Shown here in pieces: positions 25,011-34,269 of a stretch of DNA of 46,518 nt. Source of the DNA: Gammaproteobacteria bacterium (GTDB lineage: Bacteria; Pseudomonadota; Gammaproteobacteria; JAAEPA01). The translations under genes were made by a program, and so were the position numbers. Each line of letters starts with the position of its first letter. Positions within the stretch are counted from its first letter, which is position 1. The DNA is taken from assembly GCA_024222475.1 (NCBI GenBank), contig JAAEPA010000698.1, positions 1-46,518 on the forward strand, given 5' to 3'. Under the pieces are notes generated by a model. That model saw nothing but the letters and a program-made list of their open reading frames with translations. It was not told the DNA's origin and ran no database searches.

Positions 25011-25211
25011 TCAGCTGTGTGATGCCCGAGGCTGCTGTTTTGAGGATGGAGCAGTATCCTTTTTATCCAGAGTGTGCTGATTCCTCGGTGGATAAGTACA
25101 CTCTAGGTTCATGAGCTTATTGAATTTCAAACCCAAGACCGTAAAACGCCACAATTGAATAATTATATTCTGTTGTTTTCTCTTCTCTGCCTTGGTAAAA
25201 ACATATTTCAT
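25011..25211 (-). CDS. possible 66-aa basic protein translationally coupled to sqr
   Basis: The ATG lies 12 nt after the sqr stop, in the context TAAGGGGGAAATACAATG, which gives it a Shine-Dalgarno. The C-terminal half is low-complexity and no homology is recognised. Confidence 0.25.
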   Translation of the reverse strand: MKYVFTKAEKRKQQNIIIQLWRFTVLGLKFNKLMNLECTYPPRNQHTLDKKDTAPSSKQQPRASHS

Positions 25212-25223
25212 TGTATTTCCCCC

Positions 25224-26645
25224 TTAGGGTATGACTTTCCAGAAAGGTTTAGCCTGTAGTTTGTATAAAAAGGCATAGTGCAGAGCCTTTTTCATCCATG
25301 CTCCGGCCAATCCTACTTCCATGGCACTGTGGTCCACGGCCCGTCCATATTCAGGAAACGCCGCCTTATTACGGACGATGGGCTGTAGCCCAATGGTAGC
25401 TGCCGAACCGGATAGCCAGGAATTTTTCAAAGAAGCGACACACATGCCAGGGGTTTCCGCCAAAGAGGCCGTATGACAAGGCGCGCGCCCTTCGATCATC
25501 TCAGAGATATTCAAGGCCGCGGCACCACCGGTTAATTCAGAAGTATAGCCTGTCCTGGGAATAGCAGGTATCAACTGAGTACCGGTGGGCGTCGTGCAGG
25601 GTTCTGATATGCATCCTGGGGGGGCGAAGGCAATCCCGCAAGCGAAGACATTCTCATATACCGGGCTCTGATAGGTCTTTGGCCAATCTTGTGCGGTGAG
25701 TTCCGGGTAGCTCTTTCCGTAATTGGCATCCACCTTGACGAATCCGGCAGGGTTACACATCTTATCCTTTATGTCATTGCCGTTTTTGTCTAGATACTTG
25801 AAGGGCTGCCCTGTAAACCTTGGGATGAGCATGGCGTAATCAAACTCGAATTCCTTGTATTCACCCGCCTTATTTTCAGTATAGATGGTCCTCTCTTCGA
25901 TCTTATGGATGTGACTGCCGACTTCCACCTTGATATCGAAATCCTCGAATAGGGCGGTCGCCATATCCTCAGAGGTAAAGGTGACTGGCCCCATCTTCAT
26001 TTCAAACCCATCAATGCCGAAATCTCCGGGGCGCGGCTCATTGGATAGCCACAACATCTCCGCGCGATCTCGCAGCCCCCTATCCTTGAGGTTATTGTGT
26101 AGCAGTGAGATGTACTCAAAGGCTGCACCCTGGCAGGTACACATTCCATGGCCCGTACCGACTACGATTTTAGCTCTCTCACCCTTCTCAAGTCTGTCCA
26201 CAAGGGCCAGGTATTGTTGGGCTGTGTCGGTGGCGTGAGGAGGGGTGCAGATTGAGTGAGTAAAGCCCTTTTCGGGGCCAAGACCCGGCGTCGCCTCGAA
26301 ATCGAGTTTAGGTCCGGTGGCAATGATCAAATAATCGTAATCAAGCTGCGTCGGTTTGTCATTCACCTCGACAATGACATGATTATCATCGGGGTGAACC
26401 TCTGTCAATTTACCGAGAACAAGGTTGATCCCAAGCTTATCGCAGACCGGTTGCAGTTCGAATTGGGTCTTTTCCACCGGGATCTGGCCGATACCCACCC
26501 AAACCAGGGAGGGGATATAGGTGAATTTGGGATGAAGGTTGACGAGCGTGATCTCGTGATCACCCTTTTTCTTCAGTGCATCTTGCAGGACTAATGCGGC
26601 AAAATGCCCGGAAAAGCCCGCACCGATAATGACGGTTTTAGCCAT
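25224..26645 (-). CDS. sqr: sulfide:quinone oxidoreductase, long form (length suggests type VI/SqrF-like; not verified)
   Basis: N-terminal IIGAGFSGH FAD fold. SQR-type redox Cys contexts are present: GMCTCQGAAFEY (the C-x-G-A-A-x-E motif) and PGMCVASL. An IPRTGYT loop is also present. The protein is 473 aa, against about 430 aa for type I SQR. Confidence 0.85.
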   Translation of the reverse strand: MAKTVIIGAGFSGHFAALVLQDALKKKGDHEITLVNLHPKFTYIPSLVWVGIGQIPVEKTQFELQPVCDKLGINLVLGKLTEVHPDDNHVIVEVNDKPTQLDYDYLIIATGPKLDFEATPGLGPEKGFTHSICTPPHATDTAQQYLALVDRLEKGERAKIVVGTGHGMCTCQGAAFEYISLLHNNLKDRGLRDRAEMLWLSNEPRPGDFGIDGFEMKMGPVTFTSEDMATALFEDFDIKVEVGSHIHKIEERTIYTENKAGEYKEFEFDYAMLIPRFTGQPFKYLDKNGNDIKDKMCNPAGFVKVDANYGKSYPELTAQDWPKTYQSPVYENVFACGIAFAPPGCISEPCTTPTGTQLIPAIPRTGYTSELTGGAAALNISEMIEGRAPCHTASLAETPGMCVASLKNSWLSGSAATIGLQPIVRNKAAFPEYGRAVDHSAMEVGLAGAWMKKALHYAFLYKLQAKPFWKVIP

Positions 26646-26700
26646 GTTTCTCCTCTCTGGTGGTTGATGATGTTTTTTTTATTGAATGGGATGGAACTAT

Positions 26701-26722
26701 TCAGGCATGTTTCAATGCCTGA
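26701..26722. promoter_or_regulatory. perfect 8-6-8 palindrome upstream of sqr (candidate operator)
   Basis: tcaggcat-gtttca-atgcctga, located 56-77 nt upstream of the sqr start codon. Confidence 0.35.
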
Positions 26723-27294
26723 TGAACACCTGCTACTGGGGAATCTCTTGAAAAGCCGGGGATAAGTATAACGTATGGGATGGAAACCGTGTGCAATGTT
26801 CCCCAATAAGTCAATTCAGGGTAAGTATATAATGCTTGAATCCGATCATAAGATAATGACTAAGACTAATACTTGTCAAACACTTTGTAATGTTCGTTTT
26901 TAACCATCTCCTCATAGAGTTAACATAGGTTAATTAATTAACTTTTTGGCTCTATATCAATACACTCATAACCGCCCCTTGCTCGCCACAGAGTCAGCAA
27001 AGCCTTCCTGTTGCAACAGAACCGTAAAGGTTTCTGTTAAACTATATCCCTTGGGCATCGATGCGCCGACATCAGAAGTGCGGTTACAGGGTCTGAGGTA
27101 CTCAAGCCCTTTAGACTCATTTGCAATGGTAAGAATAAATCCCACATTCTGATCGGTCCCGAGCATTTTTCCAGCACAAAAATAATAAAGATAATAATCA
27201 TGCACCTCAGACGATCTACTATCAAACGACCATATTAATGGACATGCTTAAACCCTATTGGAGAGCCTCGTCGAGGCAATATTGAGTAGTTCAC

Positions 27295-28704
27295 ATGCTA
27301 GCTATCGCTTTTGATGCTCATAGACTGATCGCGCAGCTGGACACACGATTGGACTCCGCCTTGCGTCACACAAAAGGGGCGGACCATAAGGGGATGTTAA
27401 GCGTTACCCTGGCCGTCCCTGAACTCGCCTCCCTTGAACTCACGGAACTGCCCAGAGGAGGCATCTATTGGGCCCGCCTGGAAGATCAGAGCTTTCGATT
27501 TGCTATGGGCCAAGAGGCGCTTATTCAGGCCAGTGGCGCAACACGCTTCCAGCAGCTTGAAGAAGAATTTTCCCGTCTGAGCCAAAGCTGGGTAAAACTT
27601 GATCCCGATAATTTAAACACCCCGGCACGGGCCTTCGTCGGTTTTTCCTTTTCCCCCAAAGCGAAGCAGCATAGCTGTTGGCAAGGCTTTGCCAACGCAT
27701 GCATTCTGGTACCTAGCCTGTTACTGGAACGCAAGGGCCACAGCTGCCGACTGACCTTCACATGCAATACCCTCACCGGCCCCGACCGGGATGAGATAAG
27801 GCGCGGATGGTTGCGCCAAGCCCTGAACCTATTCGTAGAAGTCACGGGGTTTTCCACGCCTTACGATTCCCTCAAACCCCTGGATCGGATCGAAGACATC
27901 CCGAGCGAAAGTGAATGGCTGGCGCGAGTACACAAGGTCCTGAAAGCCATCGAAGAAGGACGTCTGGAAAAAGTGGTCCTAACCCGTCGGGTCCGAGTTA
28001 GAAGCCATCAGCCCCTGCGGCCCGCCCGCTCATTATCTTGGCTATCATCGCGTCATTCCAGTGGCGTACAGTTTGCCTATGCCTCCGCCAATGCGACCTT
28101 GGTAGGCGCATCTCCCGAACGGCTGGTCAGCTTGCAAGGCGACAAGATCATATGTGACGCCGTGGCGGGAACGGCCTGCCGACACCCCCTAGCGGACCAG
28201 GATCGCAACCTCGGGCTAGCACTCCTTGCAGATAACAAAGCACGGCATGAACAAGATCTAGTGGTCAACTCCATCATCCAATCGCTGGATCCCTTGTGCA
28301 CCAGTCTGAGTGCGCCAGTGGAACCCCAATTATTGAAATCCTCCAAGATCCAGCATTTATGGAGTCCTATCCATGGTCGAGTTAAATCGGAAATATCGCT
28401 GCTCGATCTCGCCTCGAAACTTCATCCCACACCCGCGGTCGGAGGGACACCATATCAACAGGCCATAAGCTGGCTAGAGGAACATGAGACCGGTCAACGG
28501 GGCTGGTACACCGGCGCACTGGGCTGGATGGCCACCGATGGAAGTGGCGAGCTGGCGGTTATTTTGCGCTGCGCCCTATTACGAAATAATGTCGCCGATC
28601 TATTCGCCGGAGCAGGTATCGTAGGGGATTCCAACCCCGAAGACGAACTCGCCGAAACGGAATGGAAGCTGCGCACCATGCTGGATGCCCTAGCCGTCGT
28701 CTGA
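27295..28704 (+). CDS. menF: isochorismate synthase (menaquinone-specific)
   Basis: 469-aa ORF with chorismate-binding-enzyme C-terminal motifs (LHPTPAVGGTP, GWYTGALGW, AVILRCAL, GAGIVGDSNPEDE). It lies immediately upstream of menD. Confidence 0.9.
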   Translation: MLAIAFDAHRLIAQLDTRLDSALRHTKGADHKGMLSVTLAVPELASLELTELPRGGIYWARLEDQSFRFAMGQEALIQASGATRFQQLEEEFSRLSQSWVKLDPDNLNTPARAFVGFSFSPKAKQHSCWQGFANACILVPSLLLERKGHSCRLTFTCNTLTGPDRDEIRRGWLRQALNLFVEVTGFSTPYDSLKPLDRIEDIPSESEWLARVHKVLKAIEEGRLEKVVLTRRVRVRSHQPLRPARSLSWLSSRHSSGVQFAYASANATLVGASPERLVSLQGDKIICDAVAGTACRHPLADQDRNLGLALLADNKARHEQDLVVNSIIQSLDPLCTSLSAPVEPQLLKSSKIQHLWSPIHGRVKSEISLLDLASKLHPTPAVGGTPYQQAISWLEEHETGQRGWYTGALGWMATDGSGELAVILRCALLRNNVADLFAGAGIVGDSNPEDELAETEWKLRTMLDALAVV

Positions 28705-28757
28705 TGCCGCAGTCTCCTTCTTCCTACTGCGCTACTCGGGTAGAGACGATCAACTAA

Positions 28758-30482
28758 ATGGGCGTAGAGCACGGAGAACTGAATCTGATCTGGTGCGCCG
28801 CCCTGGTAGAAGGACTGGTTAGGAACGGTGTTCACTATGCGGTAGCCTCACCAGGCTCGCGATCGACCCCTCTCACCCTGGCCTGCGCCCGTCACCCGGG
28901 ACTGCATCTGCGAATGCTGCCCGATGAGCGCAGTGCGGCCTTTTTCGCCCTGGGGATCAGTAAGCTCAAAAGCTCACCCGTAGCCGTGATCGCAACCTCC
29001 GGCACGGCCCCCGCCAACTGGTATCCCGCCGTCATCGAGGCCTCTTACGATTACCATTCCCTGATCATGCTCAGCGCCGACCGGCCCGCTGAATTACAGG
29101 ATTGCGGGGCGAACCAAACCATCGATCAGACTCGCATGTTCGGTGTACACGCGCGGGCCTTCCAGAACTTCCCTCCCGCTGAAGACTCACCCACTGCCCT
29201 GCTAATGGCGCAGAATATCGCCGCACGCGCCGTGGACAACAGCCGCTGGCCTATTCCCGGACCGGTACACATCAATGTCCCCCTGCGAGAACCCCTGGTA
29301 CCCAAAGGCCTTATCGCGAGTCTCCCGGGCGACGCCAACGAAATCATTCCCCGCACACATTATCCGCGGCTCAGCCCAGATCGACGGGACGTCAATGAAT
29401 TGAGCCGACGGATGTGTGCCGGCAATGGTTTGATCGTGTGTGGCAGGGCAGACTACCCGGATGGATTTGCGGAAGCGGTAGGCAAGCTGGCCGATCGGCT
29501 ACATAGCCCTATTTTGGCGGATCCCTTGTCCGGATTGCGTTTCGGAAGGCATGATCACCATTGGGTTGTTACACACTATGATGCCCTGCTTAGAGCTGAG
29601 GATATGGTGCAGGATTATCGGCCGGATTGGGTGCTAAGATTTGGCGGCATACCGACCTCAAAGTCCCTACAGCGTTTCCTCGGTGATTTGCCTCAGGACA
29701 CTATCCTGCTGGTTGTTCCTTATGGGCCCTGGCCCGACATTGAGCATAGCAGCACCGAGGTGTACCGCAGCGATCCGCTGGAGTTGTGCCACGCCTTGCT
29801 GGAAACGGGACTTCAGCCCACCCATGAGCCATGGCAGCAAACCTTGCTCGATCGGGAACGCCATGCCGCCAAGGCACTTCAGGAAATGGAAAATAAGCCC
29901 TTGGAAGCCGAGATACTCGAATCGATAATACGGCTGAGCCCTGAAGGAAGCCAACTTTTTTGCGCAAACTCCATGGTCATCAGAGACGTCGACAGCTTTG
30001 CCGACGGCGGCCAACGACATCTCCACCTGCATGGAAACCGGGGAGCAAGCGGTATCGACGGCAACGTCTCGACGGCCTTGGGCATGGCGGCGGTCGCCGA
30101 GGATCCGGTGATTGCCTTACTGGGTGATCTGACCCTTTATCACGACATGAATGGTCTGCTCGCCGCCGGAGATCTCGATATAGTCATGGTAGTCTTTAAC
30201 AATGGCGGCGGTGCCATCTTCGGTTATCTGCCCCAGGCAGCATTGCCTGAATTCGAGGCTTGTTGGCTCACTCCGCCAGGTTTAGATATCGCTCAAATTG
30301 CCCAACTTTATGGCTTGAACTTCCATCGGGTATGGGATAAAAAGCAATTCACCAAGGCTTTAAAGTCCGCTATCAATACCCCTGGTGCGGACATGATCGA
30401 GGTAATAATCGATCGTGAAGACAGCCTCCGGCTCCATAGGGCCTACTGGGAAATCATCAGCCGCAAACTCCAGTACGAATAA
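28758..30482 (+). CDS. menD: 2-succinyl-5-enolpyruvyl-6-hydroxy-3-cyclohexene-1-carboxylate synthase
   Basis: 574-aa ThDP enzyme with a MenD-type N-terminus (NLIWCAALVEGLVRNGVHYAVASPGSRSTPL) and a GDLTLYHDMNGL ThDP motif. Confidence 0.93.
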   Translation: MGVEHGELNLIWCAALVEGLVRNGVHYAVASPGSRSTPLTLACARHPGLHLRMLPDERSAAFFALGISKLKSSPVAVIATSGTAPANWYPAVIEASYDYHSLIMLSADRPAELQDCGANQTIDQTRMFGVHARAFQNFPPAEDSPTALLMAQNIAARAVDNSRWPIPGPVHINVPLREPLVPKGLIASLPGDANEIIPRTHYPRLSPDRRDVNELSRRMCAGNGLIVCGRADYPDGFAEAVGKLADRLHSPILADPLSGLRFGRHDHHWVVTHYDALLRAEDMVQDYRPDWVLRFGGIPTSKSLQRFLGDLPQDTILLVVPYGPWPDIEHSSTEVYRSDPLELCHALLETGLQPTHEPWQQTLLDRERHAAKALQEMENKPLEAEILESIIRLSPEGSQLFCANSMVIRDVDSFADGGQRHLHLHGNRGASGIDGNVSTALGMAAVAEDPVIALLGDLTLYHDMNGLLAAGDLDIVMVVFNNGGGAIFGYLPQAALPEFEACWLTPPGLDIAQIAQLYGLNFHRVWDKKQFTKALKSAINTPGADMIEVIIDREDSLRLHRAYWEIISRKLQYE

Positions 30483-30512
30483 TTAACTTTAACCGTCAAC
30501 CATAAACCGATC

Positions 30513-31334
30513 ATGATCTGGACCTCCATTACCGAATTCGATTTTCGAGATATCCTTTATCACCAGGCCGATGGTATCGCCAAGATCACCATCAACCGGC
30601 CCGAGGTACGCAACGCCTTCCGCCCCGAAACCATAAATGAACTGATTCAGGCCTTCACTCATGCCCACATTGACCAGGACATCGGGGCCATTATTCTAAC
30701 CGGTGCGGGTGAACTGGCGTTCTGCTCGGGAGGAGACCAGAAAGTGCGAGGAACCCACGGCGGCTACAAAGACGCCCAAGGCGTGCAACATCTCAATGTG
30801 CTGGACCTGCAGATGCAGATCCGCCGACTACCGAAACCAGTGGTCGCCATGGTGGCCGGATATGCCATCGGCGGTGGTCATGTACTGCACCTGGTATGCG
30901 ATCTCAGCATCGCTGCGGACAATGCACGATTTGGCCAGACCGGACCACGGGTAGGCAGTTTCGATGCCGGACTCGGTACCGGACTGCTGGCCCGCACCGT
31001 GGGAATCAAAAAGGCCAAAGAGATCTGGTTTCTATGCCGTCAGTATTCAGCCCAGGAGGCCCTGCAGATGGGTCTGGTCAATACCGTGGTACCCTTGGAT
31101 CGCTTGGAAGAGGAGACCGTCGGGTGGTGTAAAGAGATGCTGAAACTGAGCCCAACGGCCTTGCGTTCCCTCAAGGCCGCATTCAATGCCGATACCGATG
31201 GCCTCGCCGGCATCCAGGAACTTGCCGGTAATGCCACGGCCCTGTTCTATATGTCTGCTGAGGCCCAAGAGGGCCGTGATGCCTGGCTAGAGAAACGCCC
31301 CGCAGATTTCAGTAAGTTTCCGCGTCGGCTTTAG
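30513..31334 (+). CDS. menB: 1,4-dihydroxy-2-naphthoyl-CoA synthase
   Basis: 273-aa crotonase-fold protein with MenB motifs ([63 protein letters not shown]). Confidence 0.95.
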   Translation: MIWTSITEFDFRDILYHQADGIAKITINRPEVRNAFRPETINELIQAFTHAHIDQDIGAIILTGAGELAFCSGGDQKVRGTHGGYKDAQGVQHLNVLDLQMQIRRLPKPVVAMVAGYAIGGGHVLHLVCDLSIAADNARFGQTGPRVGSFDAGLGTGLLARTVGIKKAKEIWFLCRQYSAQEALQMGLVNTVVPLDRLEEETVGWCKEMLKLSPTALRSLKAAFNADTDGLAGIQELAGNATALFYMSAEAQEGRDAWLEKRPADFSKFPRRL

Positions 31335-31466
31335 CCCCCCCTATTTTTCAGCACTGGGGTCGTAATCTAGCAATACCCTGCCCTCGGCCACCCTCTTCTG
31401 TAGCAAGTAACAGGACCGGTTGATAGCAATCACGTCACCCACTTGAACTTATTGTTTGGTGAGAAT

Positions 31467-31751
31467 ATGAAAATTTTGATGCGTAATCTGTCCCGGGATA
31501 CGACAGAAGCCGAGCTGCTTACCTTATTCAAAAAGTATGGGGATGTGCAGTACTGCAAGTTGGTGACAGATAAAGCAACGGGCAAGTCCAAGGGCTTTGG
31601 TTTTGTTGAAATGCCCCGTGCCGGTGAGGCCAAGGCGGCCATCAAGGGGCTTAATTTCCAGGATATCAGCGGTAATAGAATTCGGGTGAAAAAGGTGGCA
31701 AAGCATAAGGAAGGTACCGCTGAAAACAATTCAGAGGAGCCCGACGCTTGA
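31467..31751 (+). CDS. small RRM-type RNA-binding protein
   Basis: RNP2 ILMRNL and RNP1 KGFGFVEM motifs. The ATG at 31467 has a GGTGAG Shine-Dalgarno. Confidence 0.85.
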   Translation: MKILMRNLSRDTTEAELLTLFKKYGDVQYCKLVTDKATGKSKGFGFVEMPRAGEAKAAIKGLNFQDISGNRIRVKKVAKHKEGTAENNSEEPDA

Positions 31752-31785
31752 TCAATCGCAATGAATTCGTAAATCGGGTGGCAAC

Positions 31786-32019
31786 ATGAGTGATCTCCAG
31801 CCCAATAACCCCCTGCATGGCGTAACACTGGAGATGATCCTTACGCGCCTAGTAGAACACTATGGTTGGGAGGAACTGGGGCAAGCCATCAACATCAAAT
31901 GTTTTAATCATGAACCAAGCATAAAATCGAGCCTAAAGTTCCTGCGAAGGACCCCCTGGGCCAGAGATAAAGTTGAAGCCTTGTATTTGCGAACTCTGGG
32001 GTCAAGGTCAAGAGATTGA
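31786..32019 (+). CDS. VF530/DUF2132 family putative DNA-binding protein
   Basis: 77-aa ORF with [24 protein letters not shown]...[24 protein letters not shown], which is typical of DUF2132. Confidence 0.8.
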   Translation: MSDLQPNNPLHGVTLEMILTRLVEHYGWEELGQAINIKCFNHEPSIKSSLKFLRRTPWARDKVEALYLRTLGSRSRD

Positions 32020-32078
32020 ATCTCGCGACTCTCCCCTGCCGAACCCAGCCCAACCGATATGCTGACGCTTCCTTATGG

Positions 32079-32252
32079 GGCAAACCCGGCGAACTGGAAG
32101 AAACAATTACTGAGGTAACTGCAATGCACCCTATTGGACGCTTTGGCAAAGCAGAGGAAGTTGCATCAGCTGTCACCTGGCTATGCTCAGAAGATGCTTC
32201 TTATGTCTTGGGTCAAAGCCTCACATTTGATGGTGGATTTACGGCAATCTAA
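32079..32252 (+). pseudogene. 3'-terminal fragment of a short-chain dehydrogenase/reductase gene
   Basis: Only the last roughly 55 codons of an SDR are present (HPIGRFGKAEEVASAVTWLCSEDASYVLGQSLTFDGGFTAI). There is no Rossmann or catalytic part upstream. Confidence 0.7.
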
Positions 32253-32262
32253 CTCATGCGCG

Positions 32263-32294
32263 TTTCTCCGCTGTGCAGTACCACAACGGAGAAA
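32263..32294 (+). other. 13-bp stem hairpin immediately after the SDR fragment
   Basis: tttctccgctgtg pairs with cacaacggagaaa at 12 of 13 positions, with a 6-nt loop. The motif gcggagaaac recurs at 32521-32530. Confidence 0.35.
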
Positions 32295-32342
32295 TGCCTG
32301 ATCTCACTTGGCCCGACATTTCGGTTAACACAGATATCAAAT

Positions 32343-32476
32343 GGCTATGTCGCCGTTAAATATTGAAATTCATCTCTACGCATGCAAGTCATTGATTTTA
32401 CAAGAATTACAAAAATATAACGGGCAAAGTAAAATCAATCACTTAGGGTATTTCAACACCTAACGGTGACATAGCT
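32343..32476. mobile_element. F-family MITE (134-bp imperfect palindrome) with an 8-bp target-site duplication
   Basis: Terminal inverted repeats ggctatgtcgccgtta and taacggtgacatagct match at 14 of 16 positions. Nested arms are ttgaaat/atttcaa and gtcattgatttta/taaaatcaatcac. A perfect direct repeat TATCAAAT lies at 32335-32342 and 32477-32484. Confidence 0.8.
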
Positions 32477-32532
32477 TATCAAATTGACACCCCCGGCTGA
32501 TTTTGGCGCGAGCCCTTAGCGCGGAGAAACAA

Positions 32533-32742
32533 CTAGCTGTCTCTCATCTCCTTAACGCGCCGGTTGAAGGTCGCTTCGTCGATGTCACCCTGGGCCAGCC
32601 GCCGCTCCAGCTCCTTGATTTGTTGTTCCGCCCAATCTTCGGGTGAGCCGGTTTTTCTGGTAAGCAACCAACGCAGGAAAAAAATACCCGGGATGATCAT
32701 GGCCAACCCGATAGCCGCTTTGGTAAATTGGTCTTCCATCAT
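32533..32742 (-). CDS. small membrane protein with a SHOCT-like C-terminal domain
   Basis: 69-aa ORF with one hydrophobic helix (AAIGLAMIIPGIFFLRWLL) followed by IKELERRLAQGDIDEATFNRRVKEM. Confidence 0.65.
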   Translation of the reverse strand: MMEDQFTKAAIGLAMIIPGIFFLRWLLTRKTGSPEDWAEQQIKELERRLAQGDIDEATFNRRVKEMRDS

Positions 32743-32784
32743 ATTGCGATTGTATGCCCCACAAGCGTGCTATTTCAACTACTC

Positions 32785-33055
32785 CTGCAATAAGGTTAAC
32801 CAGCATCACCACGGACAATGCACAATTTGCCCAAACCGGACTACGGATAGGCAGTTTTGATGCCGGATTGCCGACCCGCTATACAGTGGGGGTCAAAAAA
32901 GCCAAAGAAATCTAGTTTCCATGCCGATGGCCTCGCCGGTATCCAGGATACTGGCCGGTAATGTCACAGCCCTGGCTATATGCTGAGACCCAAGAGAGCC
33001 GTGACGCCTGGTTTGAGAAATGTCCTGCTGATTTCAGTAAGTTTCCGCATAGACT
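32785..33055 (+). pseudogene. decayed duplicate of the menB 3' end
   Basis: 32813-32870 is about 85% identical by eye to 30917-30975. 32925-33055 matches 31195-31334, including the agtaagtttccgc tail. About 150 nt are deleted internally. TGG is changed to TAG at 32913-32915 in the menB frame. Confidence 0.85.
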
Positions 33056-33229
33056 ACAGGATCTGTTGGTATTGGAAGAGACCTCAGGTTGACAGCTGAC
33101 ACTTTACCGTTGAGGATATCGAGGCTCATCCCCGGAGCAAGCAGTTATTCAATAATAATGGGGATTGGTCCAATAACCTTTTATATTTACTAAGCAAACA
33201 CAACCCTGTAAACCGTTCCGACTAAACCC

Positions 33230-34126
33230 ATGATATCGCCCTGGTTCATCGCAATACGTCCCAAGACCCTATCGCTCGGCGTGATACCGGTGCTGGTAGG
33301 GAGCGCACTCGGGTGGTCAGAGTCCGGGACCATGAGCTGGATAGTAATGACCGCGGCGCTGCTCGTGGCGATTTTGATTCAGATCGGCACCAATCTGCAT
33401 AACGATGCGGCAGACTTTGAGCTTGGCGCGGATAACAGCACCACTAGGCTAGGCCCTCTTCGAGCCACCGCCGAGGGTTGGTTAACACCAACCCAAGTCC
33501 GTCGGGCTGCAGTCTTGAGCTTTGCTCTGGCTTTCATTACCGGCTGCTCCTTGATTTTGGTTGGAGGCTGGCCAATATTGATGGTAGGCGTTATCTGCAT
33601 TGCGGCCGGTTACGCCTATACCGGAGGTCCCAAACCCATCGCCTATGTCGGGCTCGGCGAACTGTTCGTATTCCTCTTTTTCGGCCTGGTCGCGGTGGGT
33701 GGTACATATTACCTGCAAACCGGCCATTTGAGCCTTTCCGCACTGGTCGCGGGTACCTTGATCGGTCTTCCCGCCGCAGCAGTGCTGGTGGTCAATAATT
33801 ACCGGGATCTTGAAAATGACCGACAGGCCGGAAAAAATACCTTAGCGGTGCGTCTCGGCCGGCGCGCCACTCAAGCCGAATATACACTCCTGATGCTCGG
33901 CCCATTCCTGCTTGTACCGCTCATTCCTGCGACGAGAGGAAGTCGATGGTGGCTAGCCATGCCCCTGCTGCTCCTACCTTGGGCCATCGTTCTGGTATCA
34001 CGTTTTCTTAAGGATCCGCCCGGTCCCGCCTTCAATCGACTCCTTGCAGCTACCGCCCAATTTCAATTGGGCCTGGGCTTGCTGCTATGTCTCACCTTAC
34101 TGGCTGGCCAAGGGATCTCCATATGA
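33230..34126 (+). CDS. menA: 1,4-dihydroxy-2-naphthoate polyprenyltransferase
   Basis: 298-aa UbiA-family polytopic protein with NLHNDAADFELG and NNYRDLENDRQAGKNTLAV motifs. It lies in a men gene context. Confidence 0.9.
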   Translation: MISPWFIAIRPKTLSLGVIPVLVGSALGWSESGTMSWIVMTAALLVAILIQIGTNLHNDAADFELGADNSTTRLGPLRATAEGWLTPTQVRRAAVLSFALAFITGCSLILVGGWPILMVGVICIAAGYAYTGGPKPIAYVGLGELFVFLFFGLVAVGGTYYLQTGHLSLSALVAGTLIGLPAAAVLVVNNYRDLENDRQAGKNTLAVRLGRRATQAEYTLLMLGPFLLVPLIPATRGSRWWLAMPLLLLPWAIVLVSRFLKDPPGPAFNRLLAATAQFQLGLGLLLCLTLLAGQGISI

Positions 34127-34269
34127 CCGGCACCACTGACGGTCCCGCTATACAATACATCATCGCCGATACCACATTGGCGAATGATCGGCTGAGAGCT
34201 TGTGAATAAATCCCCCTACGACCACGGGCACCTCTGAAGCAGCACCAGCTGCCAACTCCATTTCCAGCT

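Noticed and set aside
26792-26805. A possible sigma54 promoter upstream of sqr (minus strand TGGGGAACATTGCA)
   Set aside because: The spacing between the GG and GC elements is about 2 nt too short compared with TGGCAC-N5-TTGC, and the -24 element is poor.
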